Made by a program: the position numbers and the translations under genes. The notes beneath the pieces are model-generated. The model was not told the origin of the DNA. It saw only the letters and a program-made list of their open reading frames with translations, and did not search any database. A stretch of 64,000 nt of DNA, taken from IMG/VR virus record IMGVR_UViG_3300042691_025267, positions 16,387 to 80,386 of that record, one strand, 5' to 3'. This stretch comes from a virus. This document shows, in pieces, positions 47,250-56,531 of this stretch; within the stretch, counting starts at the first letter, position 1, and each line of letters opens with the position of its first letter.

Positions 47250-48618
47250 TCAAGTAAAACGTTTTATATTCAGGAAATGTTTCTGGAAAGTTTGTGCCGC
47301 GTCGTTTATCATATTCAGTAAACCAGTTATAAAAGTCTTTACGAGCTTCCTCAAGTTTATCTTCTGAATATACTGTATTTTCCATGTATTTAACCACCCG
47401 ACGAAACCGCTCAAGTTCCAACTCAGAGAACTTTGTGACATCGTTTTCGTCAGTATTCTCTTCCATAAATGTAAGGTGACTGTGCATATAAGGCATGAAC
47501 TCTTCTTTTGGTAAGATGTTCATATCATACTGCAAAGGTTCTTTTAAGTATGGAGTATCAAACCGAATCTTTCTTTCCAATGGTCTTATTTGATCGTCTG
47601 GAATAATATCGTTGTAACGTACTCGCCATTCAAGAATCTTTTTTAATAGTTGATCAAATGTACTGACTGATAGTGCGTTGAACGTTATCATAAACGTGAC
47701 ATGACTTTTGGTCATACGAACATATGTATCTAAATTCTTTTCCCATGTTTCAAGATCTAATCCAGTTCTAAGATATTCTGCACGTTCTCCCCACGTATCA
47801 ATACTACTGAACAGTTTGAATTTTTTAATTGAATTTGTTTTAAGTAGTTTATTTACTTCTTTGGAAAGTCGAACTACCCATTCATTTTTTCCACCAAGAT
47901 TACTATTAATATTAAGTTCCAAATTTGGCAAAGGATTTTCTTTAAGTGACTGTAGCAATCTCCAAGTACTCTTGTGCATTAAAGGTTCTCCGCCAGTTAA
48001 ACGAAGAATATTTAATGTTTTACTTACTTCGGGCCACCACTTCCACCAGGCCTCAACGTATGGATTTGTTTCTTCCTCATACATGGTAAACCAATCAATA
48101 TCTTGTCTATGATTTTTTACCATACCATATGGACCAAATTGTTGTATTTCTCTGTAGTAACGGGAGGATGCTTTGGGATGACAATATCCACATTTAAAGT
48201 TACATTCGTTTCCAAAACTTAACTCAATATACTCGGGATTTATATCAAAGTCCCAAGGCATGTCTTTAATTTCTTGTAAACGTTCTTTTGTGTAAATTGA
48301 TGCAGTACGAATATGTCTATCGGAAATATACTCCGGTCCCATGTTTTCAATATTCCAACAATATTGACATCCAGCGGGTCTTTCTCCCTTCAACATCTGC
48401 TGACGTTCTTGCTTCTTGTGTGACGTATTATGTAAAGCAGATGGATTCTTTTCTATTTCATCCAACGGAATCCTGTGTGGAGCGGGATGATAACAACTGT
48501 GGGTTTCTCCAGTCTGTAGATAGATGGTTACGTGATGCCACTTTGCCAAACAGAATGATTTACTGATTTCATCCGTTATGGGTAGTACTGTTTTAATTCT
48601 ATCTAAATCATAGCTCAT
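47200..48618 (-). CDS. Radical SAM protein with N-terminal auxiliary Cys domain
   Basis: FCLAKW, HSCYH, CQYCW, CNFKCGYC, TGGEP. Confidence 0.92.
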   Translation of the reverse strand: MSYDLDRIKTVLPITDEISKSFCLAKWHHVTIYLQTGETHSCYHPAPHRIPLDEIEKNPSALHNTSHKKQERQQMLKGERPAGCQYCWNIENMGPEYISDRHIRTASIYTKERLQEIKDMPWDFDINPEYIELSFGNECNFKCGYCHPKASSRYYREIQQFGPYGMVKNHRQDIDWFTMYEEETNPYVEAWWKWWPEVSKTLNILRLTGGEPLMHKSTWRLLQSLKENPLPNLELNINSNLGGKNEWVVRLSKEVNKLLKTNSIKKFKLFSSIDTWGERAEYLRTGLDLETWEKNLDTYVRMTKSHVTFMITFNALSVSTFDQLLKKILEWRVRYNDIIPDDQIRPLERKIRFDTPYLKEPLQYDMNILPKEEFMPYMHSHLTFMEENTDENDVTKFSELELERFRRVVKYMENTVYSEDKLEEARKDFYNWFTEYDKRRGTNFPETFPEYKTFYLSGANESTSRTLPVINT

Positions 48619-49256
48619 TGCTTATATCCTATACACATATATCTTGTAAATTGTGCGCAGTCCAGTTCACCTTTGTAAAGAATATTATCAATATGATTTT
48701 GAGATACGAACATATCTAAATTTTCTGAGAACCTTACGTGATCTGCAACCGCATGATAATTATTTCCTTGTACGGCAAGTAAAGTATTTTCTTTAATATT
48801 TGCAAACCAATCATCATATCCACGTTGACGTAAATGTTCAGTAGAAGTATTTACTATTAATGCAATGTCGTCTGGATAGAACTCTTTGGAGAATACTGTC
48901 ATGTCGTATGTTTTAAACTTAATACGTGGATCGTTGTTTGTCAACATATTTCCGTACAATGCACACTTTGGATCTTTATCTAAACTATACACTGTATGAA
49001 TGTTTGGTAAATGATCAATAATTAACATTGCCGCAAATCCATGCCAACCGCCAAATACATAAGCAGTTCCAGTTTTTTCCCACTCAGGATTATTTTTATA
49101 AATTTCTTTTATCTGATCAATTAACCACGATTTACTTTTTACTTGACTGCCCCAAAATGCTTCCAACATATCATATCTATTTCTAGAATCATTAGTTTCT
49201 CTTATGAGGTTGATCCAGTGTATAAATCGGTCTTCAGTAATATATGAACGGGTCAC
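48615..49256 (-). CDS. Class I SAM-dependent methyltransferase-like protein
   Basis: VFGGWHG, SLDKDP, VNTSTEH; GTG start with AGGAG SD. Confidence 0.6.
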   Translation of the reverse strand: MTRSYITEDRFIHWINLIRETNDSRNRYDMLEAFWGSQVKSKSWLIDQIKEIYKNNPEWEKTGTAYVFGGWHGFAAMLIIDHLPNIHTVYSLDKDPKCALYGNMLTNNDPRIKFKTYDMTVFSKEFYPDDIALIVNTSTEHLRQRGYDDWFANIKENTLLAVQGNNYHAVADHVRFSENLDMFVSQNHIDNILYKGELDCAQFTRYMCIGYKQ

Positions 49257-49330
49257 GTTTTTTGATCTCCTGTATTTTACGTTTGGTTACATACTTTTCG
49301 GTAATATTGTGTATACCGAAAATAATCCAA

Positions 49331-51550
49331 TCAAGAATCTTCACTAACATATTCATTCTCCATTACCGTTAATTGTTTTGTTGGTTCCCGTATACTGGAA
49401 CCATTGTTGTTACCCCAATCACCAGCCTCATTAAATTTATACTTAAAGGAAAAATCTATTATTCTATTTAAATGAGCTTCTTCTCGTAACAAATCTCCAA
49501 AATCCGAATCTGCTCTACCATTAATTCCCCACGAGGGTTTTGCCAATTTTTTAGCACGAACTGCGGTATTTGACATCATTCTACTATAGTCTTGTGCGTA
49601 GAATGGGCCCTTTCTACCTGGATTGCCGTCTTCGTCAAATTCATGTGAATATGGTCTGTTGTCATATGGATTGTCTATCTGATCAAACTGGTAGTCAAAG
49701 TCTGCGTACCATTTACCATCATCCGTGATACTAAATCTGAACGTTGCGGAATACATACCAGGCCCAAACTGATTGCCAAATTCTTTCAAGTCAATCTCTG
49801 GATTAAACTTCACCACTGCATCATATCCACCACGGGTTTTCCATAACATTCTAAAAAACGGCCACATTTCGTTTACCAGTGCATCCGCAAACGGATTAAT
49901 ATTTGGTTTAATTATATTATAATCAAAGTCTTCGTAATGTTCTATTTCGTTAATGGTAGATGGGTTATGTAAAGTTATTTCATAATGTTCTTTTGCTAAG
50001 TTAAACCGAACGGGATATCCAAAGGGGGTATCCGTACAGCCTGTCATGAAATCTAAAAACATATGAAATGTCTTTACTCGTGTCATCACATGTGTGCCGC
50101 CGCGTCGGAGATCGTTCGTTATCCAATGACCTTGGTATTTGTGCGCAGATACATTAAATCGGTGTGTGTTTTGACCAACAATGGTTTCTGGTCCCACTGC
50201 CATTCCTACACCCGCACCCACGTTGTTGATATTGTTGTTTCTATTTCTCCATAAAAACGTCATACTATCAGCAAAGTCTTGTAATTCTTCGTTTGGAAAT
50301 CCAACAATCCAGTTGGTTGCCGCATAAATTCCGACTTCTTTTCCATGACGAAAATTTGCTTCCATCTCTTCAATGGTAACACCTTTGTTCATTGCATCAA
50401 GAACTCGTTGACTACCGGATTCAATCCCATAGTTTAACATAATACATCCACCGGCTTTCAAATCTTTAAAAAATTCTAAGTCCATTCTTCCATCGCACCG
50501 AGAATATCCTGTCCAATGAATTTTTAGTCCCTTCGCTTCTACCGCTTTACAGAAAGCACGGAGTTCTTTGAGATTTCCATTGACTAAGCTATCAATAAAC
50601 CAAATGACATCAGTTCCTTTGTTATAATACAACCACTCAATTTCTTTAATAGCATCTACGGCAGTACGTTGACGATACTTCCAGAAGTGCGTTTCTTCAC
50701 AAAACGTACACTTGGCTGTACATCCTCGACTAAATTGACTATTCACACCGTTTGGTAATTCATATTGAGAGAAGTCAATACTTTCATAATCTGGCATGGG
50801 AAGATTATTGATATTAATTCTTTGTCCTTCTGGTTGTACGATGTACCACGTTTCCGTGCGTTCTACGCCATGTTCTACCTCATCCAAAATGTCTAAGATT
50901 GCTCCTTCTCCCTCGCCACTGACCACGTAGTCATAATATGGTTGAATATTAAACCAACTTTTTTGTACGTTACTTCCGCCAATTGCAATTTTAATTTTTG
51001 GATTTCGTCTTTTTAACTCTTGTGCCATCCACTTCGTCGGTTCTTCGCTAATATAATACATACTAAAACCAACTATGTCCGCACCATATTCCAATATTTG
51101 ATCAATTGCAGCAGTAAGTATAGGTTCTAGAATAGGATGGATGTCCTTTGCATACGTGTCACCCAACCAATGCCAACTAGCACTTGGATCCCATAATCTA
51201 AATGGTAACTTATTATTTGGTGCCCAATCATTTTTGTATTGGTTATATGCACGAACATTTAAATCCATGATTTTAGTTTCGTACCCAGCAGTTTTGGCAA
51301 CTCCACTTAGTAATGCAAGATTATACGGAGGCATCTGTGGAGCCCATTCTGGACATAACACTAGTGCAAGTTTCGTTTTTCTAAACTTATAGTCGATGTA
51401 TACTGGAGTAACATTTCTTTGCTCAAACGGTCTTACGTATGGAGCAATCGCATCCATCATAGCTTTATGCTTGGCATCTGCCACGTCCATCGTCGGTTGC
51501 TCAGGAGCTAATACTTCTGACTTTGCCAATCCCCGTAAATTAAAATCCAT
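49331..51550 (-). CDS. Cobalamin-binding (class B) radical SAM enzyme
   Basis: PPYNLALL, DIVGFS, IGG, GEGE, SRGCTAKCTFC, GIESGSQRVL, IVGFPNE. Confidence 0.92.
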   Translation of the reverse strand: MDFNLRGLAKSEVLAPEQPTMDVADAKHKAMMDAIAPYVRPFEQRNVTPVYIDYKFRKTKLALVLCPEWAPQMPPYNLALLSGVAKTAGYETKIMDLNVRAYNQYKNDWAPNNKLPFRLWDPSASWHWLGDTYAKDIHPILEPILTAAIDQILEYGADIVGFSMYYISEEPTKWMAQELKRRNPKIKIAIGGSNVQKSWFNIQPYYDYVVSGEGEGAILDILDEVEHGVERTETWYIVQPEGQRININNLPMPDYESIDFSQYELPNGVNSQFSRGCTAKCTFCEETHFWKYRQRTAVDAIKEIEWLYYNKGTDVIWFIDSLVNGNLKELRAFCKAVEAKGLKIHWTGYSRCDGRMDLEFFKDLKAGGCIMLNYGIESGSQRVLDAMNKGVTIEEMEANFRHGKEVGIYAATNWIVGFPNEELQDFADSMTFLWRNRNNNINNVGAGVGMAVGPETIVGQNTHRFNVSAHKYQGHWITNDLRRGGTHVMTRVKTFHMFLDFMTGCTDTPFGYPVRFNLAKEHYEITLHNPSTINEIEHYEDFDYNIIKPNINPFADALVNEMWPFFRMLWKTRGGYDAVVKFNPEIDLKEFGNQFGPGMYSATFRFSITDDGKWYADFDYQFDQIDNPYDNRPYSHEFDEDGNPGRKGPFYAQDYSRMMSNTAVRAKKLAKPSWGINGRADSDFGDLLREEAHLNRIIDFSFKYKFNEAGDWGNNNGSSIREPTKQLTVMENEYVSEDS

Positions 51551-51564
51551 AACTATTTAACCCC

Positions 51565-52686
51565 TTAATTATTATCTCCATATTTTTTATCAAAATATTC
51601 TTCTAACCATTCCCATCGTTCGGTTTTTAACAATTCATCTACGTTGTCTCTATGCAGAGTGGCGTATGCATGTCCATCTCCAGCTCCTTGTAATACCCAA
51701 TCGGCATATATTCCTTTTGCATGTGACCTCCATTGCTTTAGCCATTCCCTTGATAATTGCGTGTCTTTTAATGTTAACTTTACAGTTTCACGAAACGCAG
51801 TACGCCACGCTTCATATTTACTAGTTGCAAAATGTGCTTCACTTACCGTTAGTGGAATGGGATATATCTTACCGTATTCAGTCAAATCTAATCCAAAATT
51901 ACTTGGGGTATTTTTTATAATTTTTGTATTATAACACCCAACTGCCATGTGTCCATATTCCAGTCCATTACTCATATTTTCTGCTTGAAAAATGATATGA
52001 GCTTCTGGTACACTGCCGTCTGGTACATAATCAAATACTGATGGATCGGTGACTTTATTTTTTCCTGTTACTACGAAAAAGTAGGGCGCAGTGTCCGCCA
52101 TATCTGCGCATTGTAAAAATGCGTTCAACCGCGGAGAAATACCATCTACTCGTTCGGCTCTGGGACATACACGTTTTAGGTGTTTCCAATTTTCTTCTGC
52201 AGTAGTTTCTCCGTTACTTATAAAAAATACGGGAAATCGTTGTGTAATAATTGTTTCATTTGCAGAAGTAGTACGTTTTTTTGCAATTGTCGGTTGTACC
52301 TTAATAACATTAATTCCTGGCCAATCCCACGGACTGTCATGTTTTTTCTTATATTCTGCAATTTGTTTTTTATCACCTGCCCAACCAGCAATAAACGTTT
52401 CCTCTTCGCTCTTTTCAATAACAAACAACACCGGACCTTCTATATATGTCCATTTATCATCTGCATACATATACAAGTTTGTATCAGAGTCTTTTGCGTC
52501 TACTATATTAATATAATCCATCAGATCCAATTCATGAGGACCGAATAGTACCCATCCATCATCCATTCGTACTTCTGATAGCATGGAGGACACCCATCCA
52601 AGATTTCTGACCCATGATTTAGTCTCTACTGTCCAATATTTTTTAAATAGGTTAGTATGCAGTAACCAAGATTCGCCATTTAGCAT
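51565..52686 (-). CDS. Glycosyltransferase-like (GT-A) protein
   Basis: VFFISNGE..AEENW..L, NGLEYGH, AWRTAFRE; canonical DxD not evident (VTGKN). Confidence 0.5.
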   Translation of the reverse strand: MLNGESWLLHTNLFKKYWTVETKSWVRNLGWVSSMLSEVRMDDGWVLFGPHELDLMDYINIVDAKDSDTNLYMYADDKWTYIEGPVLFVIEKSEEETFIAGWAGDKKQIAEYKKKHDSPWDWPGINVIKVQPTIAKKRTTSANETIITQRFPVFFISNGETTAEENWKHLKRVCPRAERVDGISPRLNAFLQCADMADTAPYFFVVTGKNKVTDPSVFDYVPDGSVPEAHIIFQAENMSNGLEYGHMAVGCYNTKIIKNTPSNFGLDLTEYGKIYPIPLTVSEAHFATSKYEAWRTAFRETVKLTLKDTQLSREWLKQWRSHAKGIYADWVLQGAGDGHAYATLHRDNVDELLKTERWEWLEEYFDKKYGDNN

Positions 52687-53378
52687 TATTTTGTCCCCTT
52701 AATTTTCTTCCGCTTGACAATTTGTTCTTGATTCGTTCCAATACTTGGACCAAACGCCCATTGTCCAATGTGACGAATTTGCCGACTGAGGTTCATGTCT
52801 ACAAGGATTTCATGACCCGCATCACGAAGTTTTCTTTGGAAGTAAAAATCTTCCCCGTGCCATGCTCCCTCTTTATATTCAAATTCAAACCAAGGCTTTT
52901 GAATGTTAGTTAACACGGACGTTTTCATCAACATGCACCCCATCCCAATTCCTTCCACGGGTTCCAACTCTTGTTGTGATTCCAGTGGGAGCCAGTTATC
53001 CCAGTCTTCCACCTTGGGATACGCAACCGTTGTGAGTGGCACGGATCTCTTCATGTAGTTTGCGGCAACGATATCTTTGTTATGACTCATCAATCGCAAT
53101 GCAGTCGTTGAAGGAAACATCATATCTGAATCTAACCACAGTAGATAATCAGCTTTCACTTCCACTGCTTTATTTGCCAATCTTTCTCGTTGATTGAGGA
53201 GAATGGTACTCATGTCATAGGTTACGTGGACATCAATTCCAGTTAACACGCACGTCTTTATTAATTCCGTCAATGACATTGCAAATAACGTATGTACGGT
53301 ATCTCTGCACGGTACTAAAATAATTAATTTGGTGGGCTTGGTCTTCCACGCAGATCCGTCAAAAATATTCTTACTCAT
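52686..53378 (-). CDS. GT2-like glycosyltransferase
   Basis: LWLDSDMMFP (DxD), GMGCML, GEDFYF, H-x-G near the C-terminus. Confidence 0.75.
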   Translation of the reverse strand: MSKNIFDGSAWKTKPTKLIILVPCRDTVHTLFAMSLTELIKTCVLTGIDVHVTYDMSTILLNQRERLANKAVEVKADYLLWLDSDMMFPSTTALRLMSHNKDIVAANYMKRSVPLTTVAYPKVEDWDNWLPLESQQELEPVEGIGMGCMLMKTSVLTNIQKPWFEFEYKEGAWHGEDFYFQRKLRDAGHEILVDMNLSRQIRHIGQWAFGPSIGTNQEQIVKRKKIKGTK

Positions 53379-53836
53379 ACACCCGCAACTCCTTCTACCG
53401 AAGATGCAGCCTGGGTAGTTATGTCGCTGATAATATTGACCAGTTCTTGAATTCTCTTGACTGTTAGTTGGTAATCCGCCAATGGAAACTGCGTGATTGC
53501 GTTTAATGTATCCGTTGTATATTTTCCACGAATCAACATTTCCATTGCCGCAACACGGGAATACTTTTCAATCATTGCCATCCGTGCCGCAACCGGTTCA
53601 TTTATTAACAACCGATATAAATGTTCTATATCATGGTCGTGTAAAATATTTTCTAAGAATTCAATACGATCAGTATTAGGTTCTGCTTGTTCCTTTAAGA
53701 ACTTTAATTCGTATAATAATTCTAACAGCTTCAACTTGTCATACCCAATAGATACCCATTTTGAATAACGTTCTTCGTATTGGGACGGCTGTTCGTTTAT
53801 ACTTGCTAAAAGAAAATCGGGGGTAATACCATTCAT
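53375..53836 (-). CDS. Hypothetical protein
   Basis: ATG 53836 with GAGG SD, downstream of a sigma70-like promoter. Confidence 0.7.
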   Translation of the reverse strand: MNGITPDFLLASINEQPSQYEERYSKWVSIGYDKLKLLELLYELKFLKEQAEPNTDRIEFLENILHDHDIEHLYRLLINEPVAARMAMIEKYSRVAAMEMLIRGKYTTDTLNAITQFPLADYQLTVKRIQELVNIISDITTQAASSVEGVAGV

Positions 53837-53867
53837 AAAAACCTCGTTGTAAATGTAACCGTTGTTG

Positions 53868-53896
53868 AATATAACTAGATGATGTACCGTTGTCAA
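53868..53896 (-). promoter_or_regulatory. Sigma70-like promoter heading the tailoring-enzyme genes
   Basis: TTGACA-17-TATATT. Confidence 0.72.
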
Positions 53897-53905
53897 TACC
53901 CACAA

Positions 53906-55177
53906 TTAATATATAGTAGAAGATACCCGAAATGACGGCATAATACTTCTAGTTGGTGTTGGTGATGGAGAGTATCGTATTGATGGCGTAGGTGATGCAC
54001 TTAAACCAAATCTAAAATCAAATGAGCCGCCGCCACCAACAGTTCCAGATGTCGGGGTAACTGTTGGAGTTACTGTACGAGTTGGAGTAACCGTTGGAGT
54101 AACCGATTGCGAAGTTGTTATCGTTGGGGTCACTGTTGGAGTAACCGATGGCGAAGTTGTTATCGTTGGGGTCACTGTTGGAGTGACGCTTGGGCAAATG
54201 ACCGTACCTTGTAATTGACCAGCAGAATATTCTCTTAAAGTACCACCAACATTTACCACCCCCGTAAATGCGGCAGTACAACTATTGTTTGTATAAAAAT
54301 ATCCATTACAATTTGATTGATAAAATGGACCAGATGGGAATGGACTTGAACAATATCCACTTAAATTATTACCGTATGAATAATTTCCTTGAAAACTACA
54401 CACGCAAGGAGAGGCACTTGGTGTAACTGTAGGCGTTGGTGTAATTGATGGCGATACAGTTATACTTGGTGTGACAGACGGCGTTTGAGTGACAGACGGC
54501 GTTTGAGTGACAGACGGCGTTGGTGTAATTGATGGCGATACAGTTATACTTGGTGTAACTGTAGGCGTTGGTGTAATTGATGGCGATACAGTTATACTTG
54601 GTGTAACTGTAGGCGTTGGTGTAATTGATGGGGTTTGAGTGACAGACGGCGTTTGTGTTACTGATGGAGTTTGTGTTACTGATGGCGATACAGTTATACT
54701 TGGTGTAACTGTAGGCGTTGGTGTAATTGATGGGGTTTGCGTGACAGACGGCGTTTGCGTGACAGACGGCGTTTGCGTGACAGAAGGCGTTTGCGTGACA
54801 GACGGCGTTTGCGTGACAGAAGGCGTTTGTGTTACTGATGGAGTTTGCGTGACAGAAGGCGTTCGCGTGACAGAAGGCGTTCGCGTGACGGTTGGAGTAA
54901 CTGTTGGAGTCGGACTTGGAGTTGGAATGGGATAACATAAAAAATAATTTCTAGCAGTTGGCGTTACTGCTGGATTAGGTATGTCAAACGCAATAGTTGC
55001 ATCTGTGTATCCCGGTGGACATCCTGGGGCCGGTGTGCCTTGCGGTCCTATTTGTCCATATTTTCCCACCAATGCATATGCAACAGATACAGAAGGTGCA
55101 ATAATATAATTTGCAATACTTGCAGTTTCTGCATATGAACTAGTTGATGGGACACCAAACGGGAAAAATATACTCAC
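53906..55177 (-). CDS. Mucin-like Thr/Pro/Ser repeat protein with Cys-rich domain
   Basis: GTG start after AGGAG; (TPSVTQ)n and TPSITVSPSITPTPTV repeats flank a Cys-rich module. Confidence 0.85.
   Translation of the reverse strand: MSIFFPFGVPSTSSYAETASIANYIIAPSVSVAYALVGKYGQIGPQGTPAPGCPPGYTDATIAFDIPNPAVTPTARNYFLCYPIPTPSPTPTVTPTVTRTPSVTRTPSVTQTPSVTQTPSVTQTPSVTQTPSVTQTPSVTQTPSVTQTPSITPTPTVTPSITVSPSVTQTPSVTQTPSVTQTPSITPTPTVTPSITVSPSITPTPTVTPSITVSPSITPTPSVTQTPSVTQTPSVTPSITVSPSITPTPTVTPSASPCVCSFQGNYSYGNNLSGYCSSPFPSGPFYQSNCNGYFYTNNSCTAAFTGVVNVGGTLREYSAGQLQGTVICPSVTPTVTPTITTSPSVTPTVTPTITTSQSVTPTVTPTRTVTPTVTPTSGTVGGGGSFDFRFGLSASPTPSIRYSPSPTPTRSIMPSFRVSSTIY
54050..54925. repeat. Coding minisatellite (18-bp units plus higher-order units), two blocks
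   Basis: gtgacagacggcgtttgc-type units at about 54410-54925 and TPTV units at about 54050-54195. Confidence 0.9.
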
Positions 55178-55192
55178 AAATAACTCCTGGTT

Positions 55193-55378
55193 TTATACTA
55201 ATCTAGTTGCCGATACCGTTTGGTATAACGGGCCAGTTGGTCCTACAAAATTTACCACATACTCGGCCAAAGAAGCAGTTGCAGGAAATCCCGCCAAAGA
55301 TGTTGTAACTCCTACACTAGCACTTATGGCAAATGAACTACTGACTGGAATTCCTAGTGGTGAAAATGATATACTCAT
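55193..55378 (-). CDS. Small protein related to the mucin-like protein N-terminus
   Basis: MSISFSPLGIPVSSSFAISAS...GPTGP versus MSIFFPFGVPSTSSYAETAS...GPQG. Confidence 0.7.
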   Translation of the reverse strand: MSISFSPLGIPVSSSFAISASVGVTTSLAGFPATASLAEYVVNFVGPTGPLYQTVSATRLV

Positions 55379-55391
55379 AGGTTAAGTCAAC

Positions 55392-55625
55392 TCACGTAAA
55401 TGTACAAACTTCCACTTTTCCACTAGCAACCATTTCCAAATATTGAGCAGTTGTTAACAAACATATACCCTTTCCACGGGAACCCGACTGTGGGTATAAT
55501 ACTTCCCCTGCATTAGAAGAAGACAGTACATATTGAATATAACTTATTTTACCTGCATAAGAAGCACTGATTGCGTATGCTGCGTTGTATAGAGAACCCG
55601 AACCATATGGATAGACTGATAGCAC
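55392..55625 (-). CDS. Small protein of the same family
   Basis: MLSVYPYG...AYAISASYA. Confidence 0.65.
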   Translation of the reverse strand: MLSVYPYGSGSLYNAAYAISASYAGKISYIQYVLSSSNAGEVLYPQSGSRGKGICLLTTAQYLEMVASGKVEVCTFT

Positions 55626-55626
55626 C

Positions 55627-56490
55627 TTAGTTCTCCAGAGAAAATACGTGTATTGATGCCGAAATATTTGCAGTTCCAGCAGTTGCCATGTTTTCTATGA
55701 CATAGTAAATTTCATGTTCTCCAACCATTTTAGTTCTATCAATTCTAGTAAGATTCAAGTTCGTTCCCATGTTTTGTAAATTTGCCCCGATTATTTTTGG
55801 TACAAAATACGTGGTTTCACTGCCAGACAAAATTGCATCTACTATCAAATATGAAGTTGCGTTTGATTCTGTTGCGAACGGGCGTGTTATTTCTGTAGCA
55901 TTATACAAAGAAGCTGATGTAGAGTATAATCTCACTCTTGCCCGTACGTCTGAACCGGAAACTGACGCACTTACTAATAAGTAGGTTTGTGGAATAGATG
56001 AATCCACTAATGACCCAGATGCTCTACTACCAGCACTCAAATTGTGTTGTATAGTAGGCAACGTCATTCTACTTGCTGCGCTAATGTCAGGATTTTCCAA
56101 TAGGTAACGATTAAATGTTATGGTTGGGTATGGAGGTGACGTTACGCCATCAATTTTATAATACGTTAACTTTGATGAGGGATTCTGAACAACAGAATAT
56201 AATACGGGATCTACTGTATGAGTCGTTGCGTTACTCATACTGAAATCCCCTATCAATGCCGTTTCCGCTGATATGTTTGTGTTTCCGAATACCCTATTTT
56301 TTTCTACCGCATTGTCTCTGCTGGATTGATTATCGTATAATCGTAATCTACAAGGAACGGTGTTGGTTATGTTTAATAACACATATGCGGATCCTAACTC
56401 AATTGACCCGGATCCTACGGAATCTGTTTGTAATGAGATGGACTCACGTTTTAAGGAAACACCCAGTTTGATATATTCAGCTAATCCCAT
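55627..56490 (-). CDS. Hypothetical Ser-rich protein with internal duplication, possibly structural
   Basis: Two halves share SGS...Y.L....R.RLY...S..NA.E..R.F...LI.D. Confidence 0.7.
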   Translation of the reverse strand: MGLAEYIKLGVSLKRESISLQTDSVGSGSIELGSAYVLLNITNTVPCRLRLYDNQSSRDNAVEKNRVFGNTNISAETALIGDFSMSNATTHTVDPVLYSVVQNPSSKLTYYKIDGVTSPPYPTITFNRYLLENPDISAASRMTLPTIQHNLSAGSRASGSLVDSSIPQTYLLVSASVSGSDVRARVRLYSTSASLYNATEITRPFATESNATSYLIVDAILSGSETTYFVPKIIGANLQNMGTNLNLTRIDRTKMVGEHEIYYVIENMATAGTANISASIHVFSLEN

Positions 56491-56531
56491 ATATTATATT
56501 TAAAGTGTACTTACATAAATAGTTTATACTA

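Noticed and set aside
49295-49322. Hairpin as an intrinsic terminator
   Set aside because: The T-run precedes rather than follows the stem on both strands; kept only as a possible promoter-overlapping inverted repeat.
54410-54925. Repeat array as a CRISPR or non-coding array
   Set aside because: No unique spacers; unit lengths are multiples of 3 with synonymous variation in the TPSVTQ frame; no cas genes seen.
54396-54938. Alternative-frame (CHANAF)n ORF and plus-strand (VTDGVC)n ORF as Cys-rich RiPP precursors
   Set aside because: These are shadow frames of the coding minisatellite with no SD; the TP frame has a proper start, head domain and paralogs.
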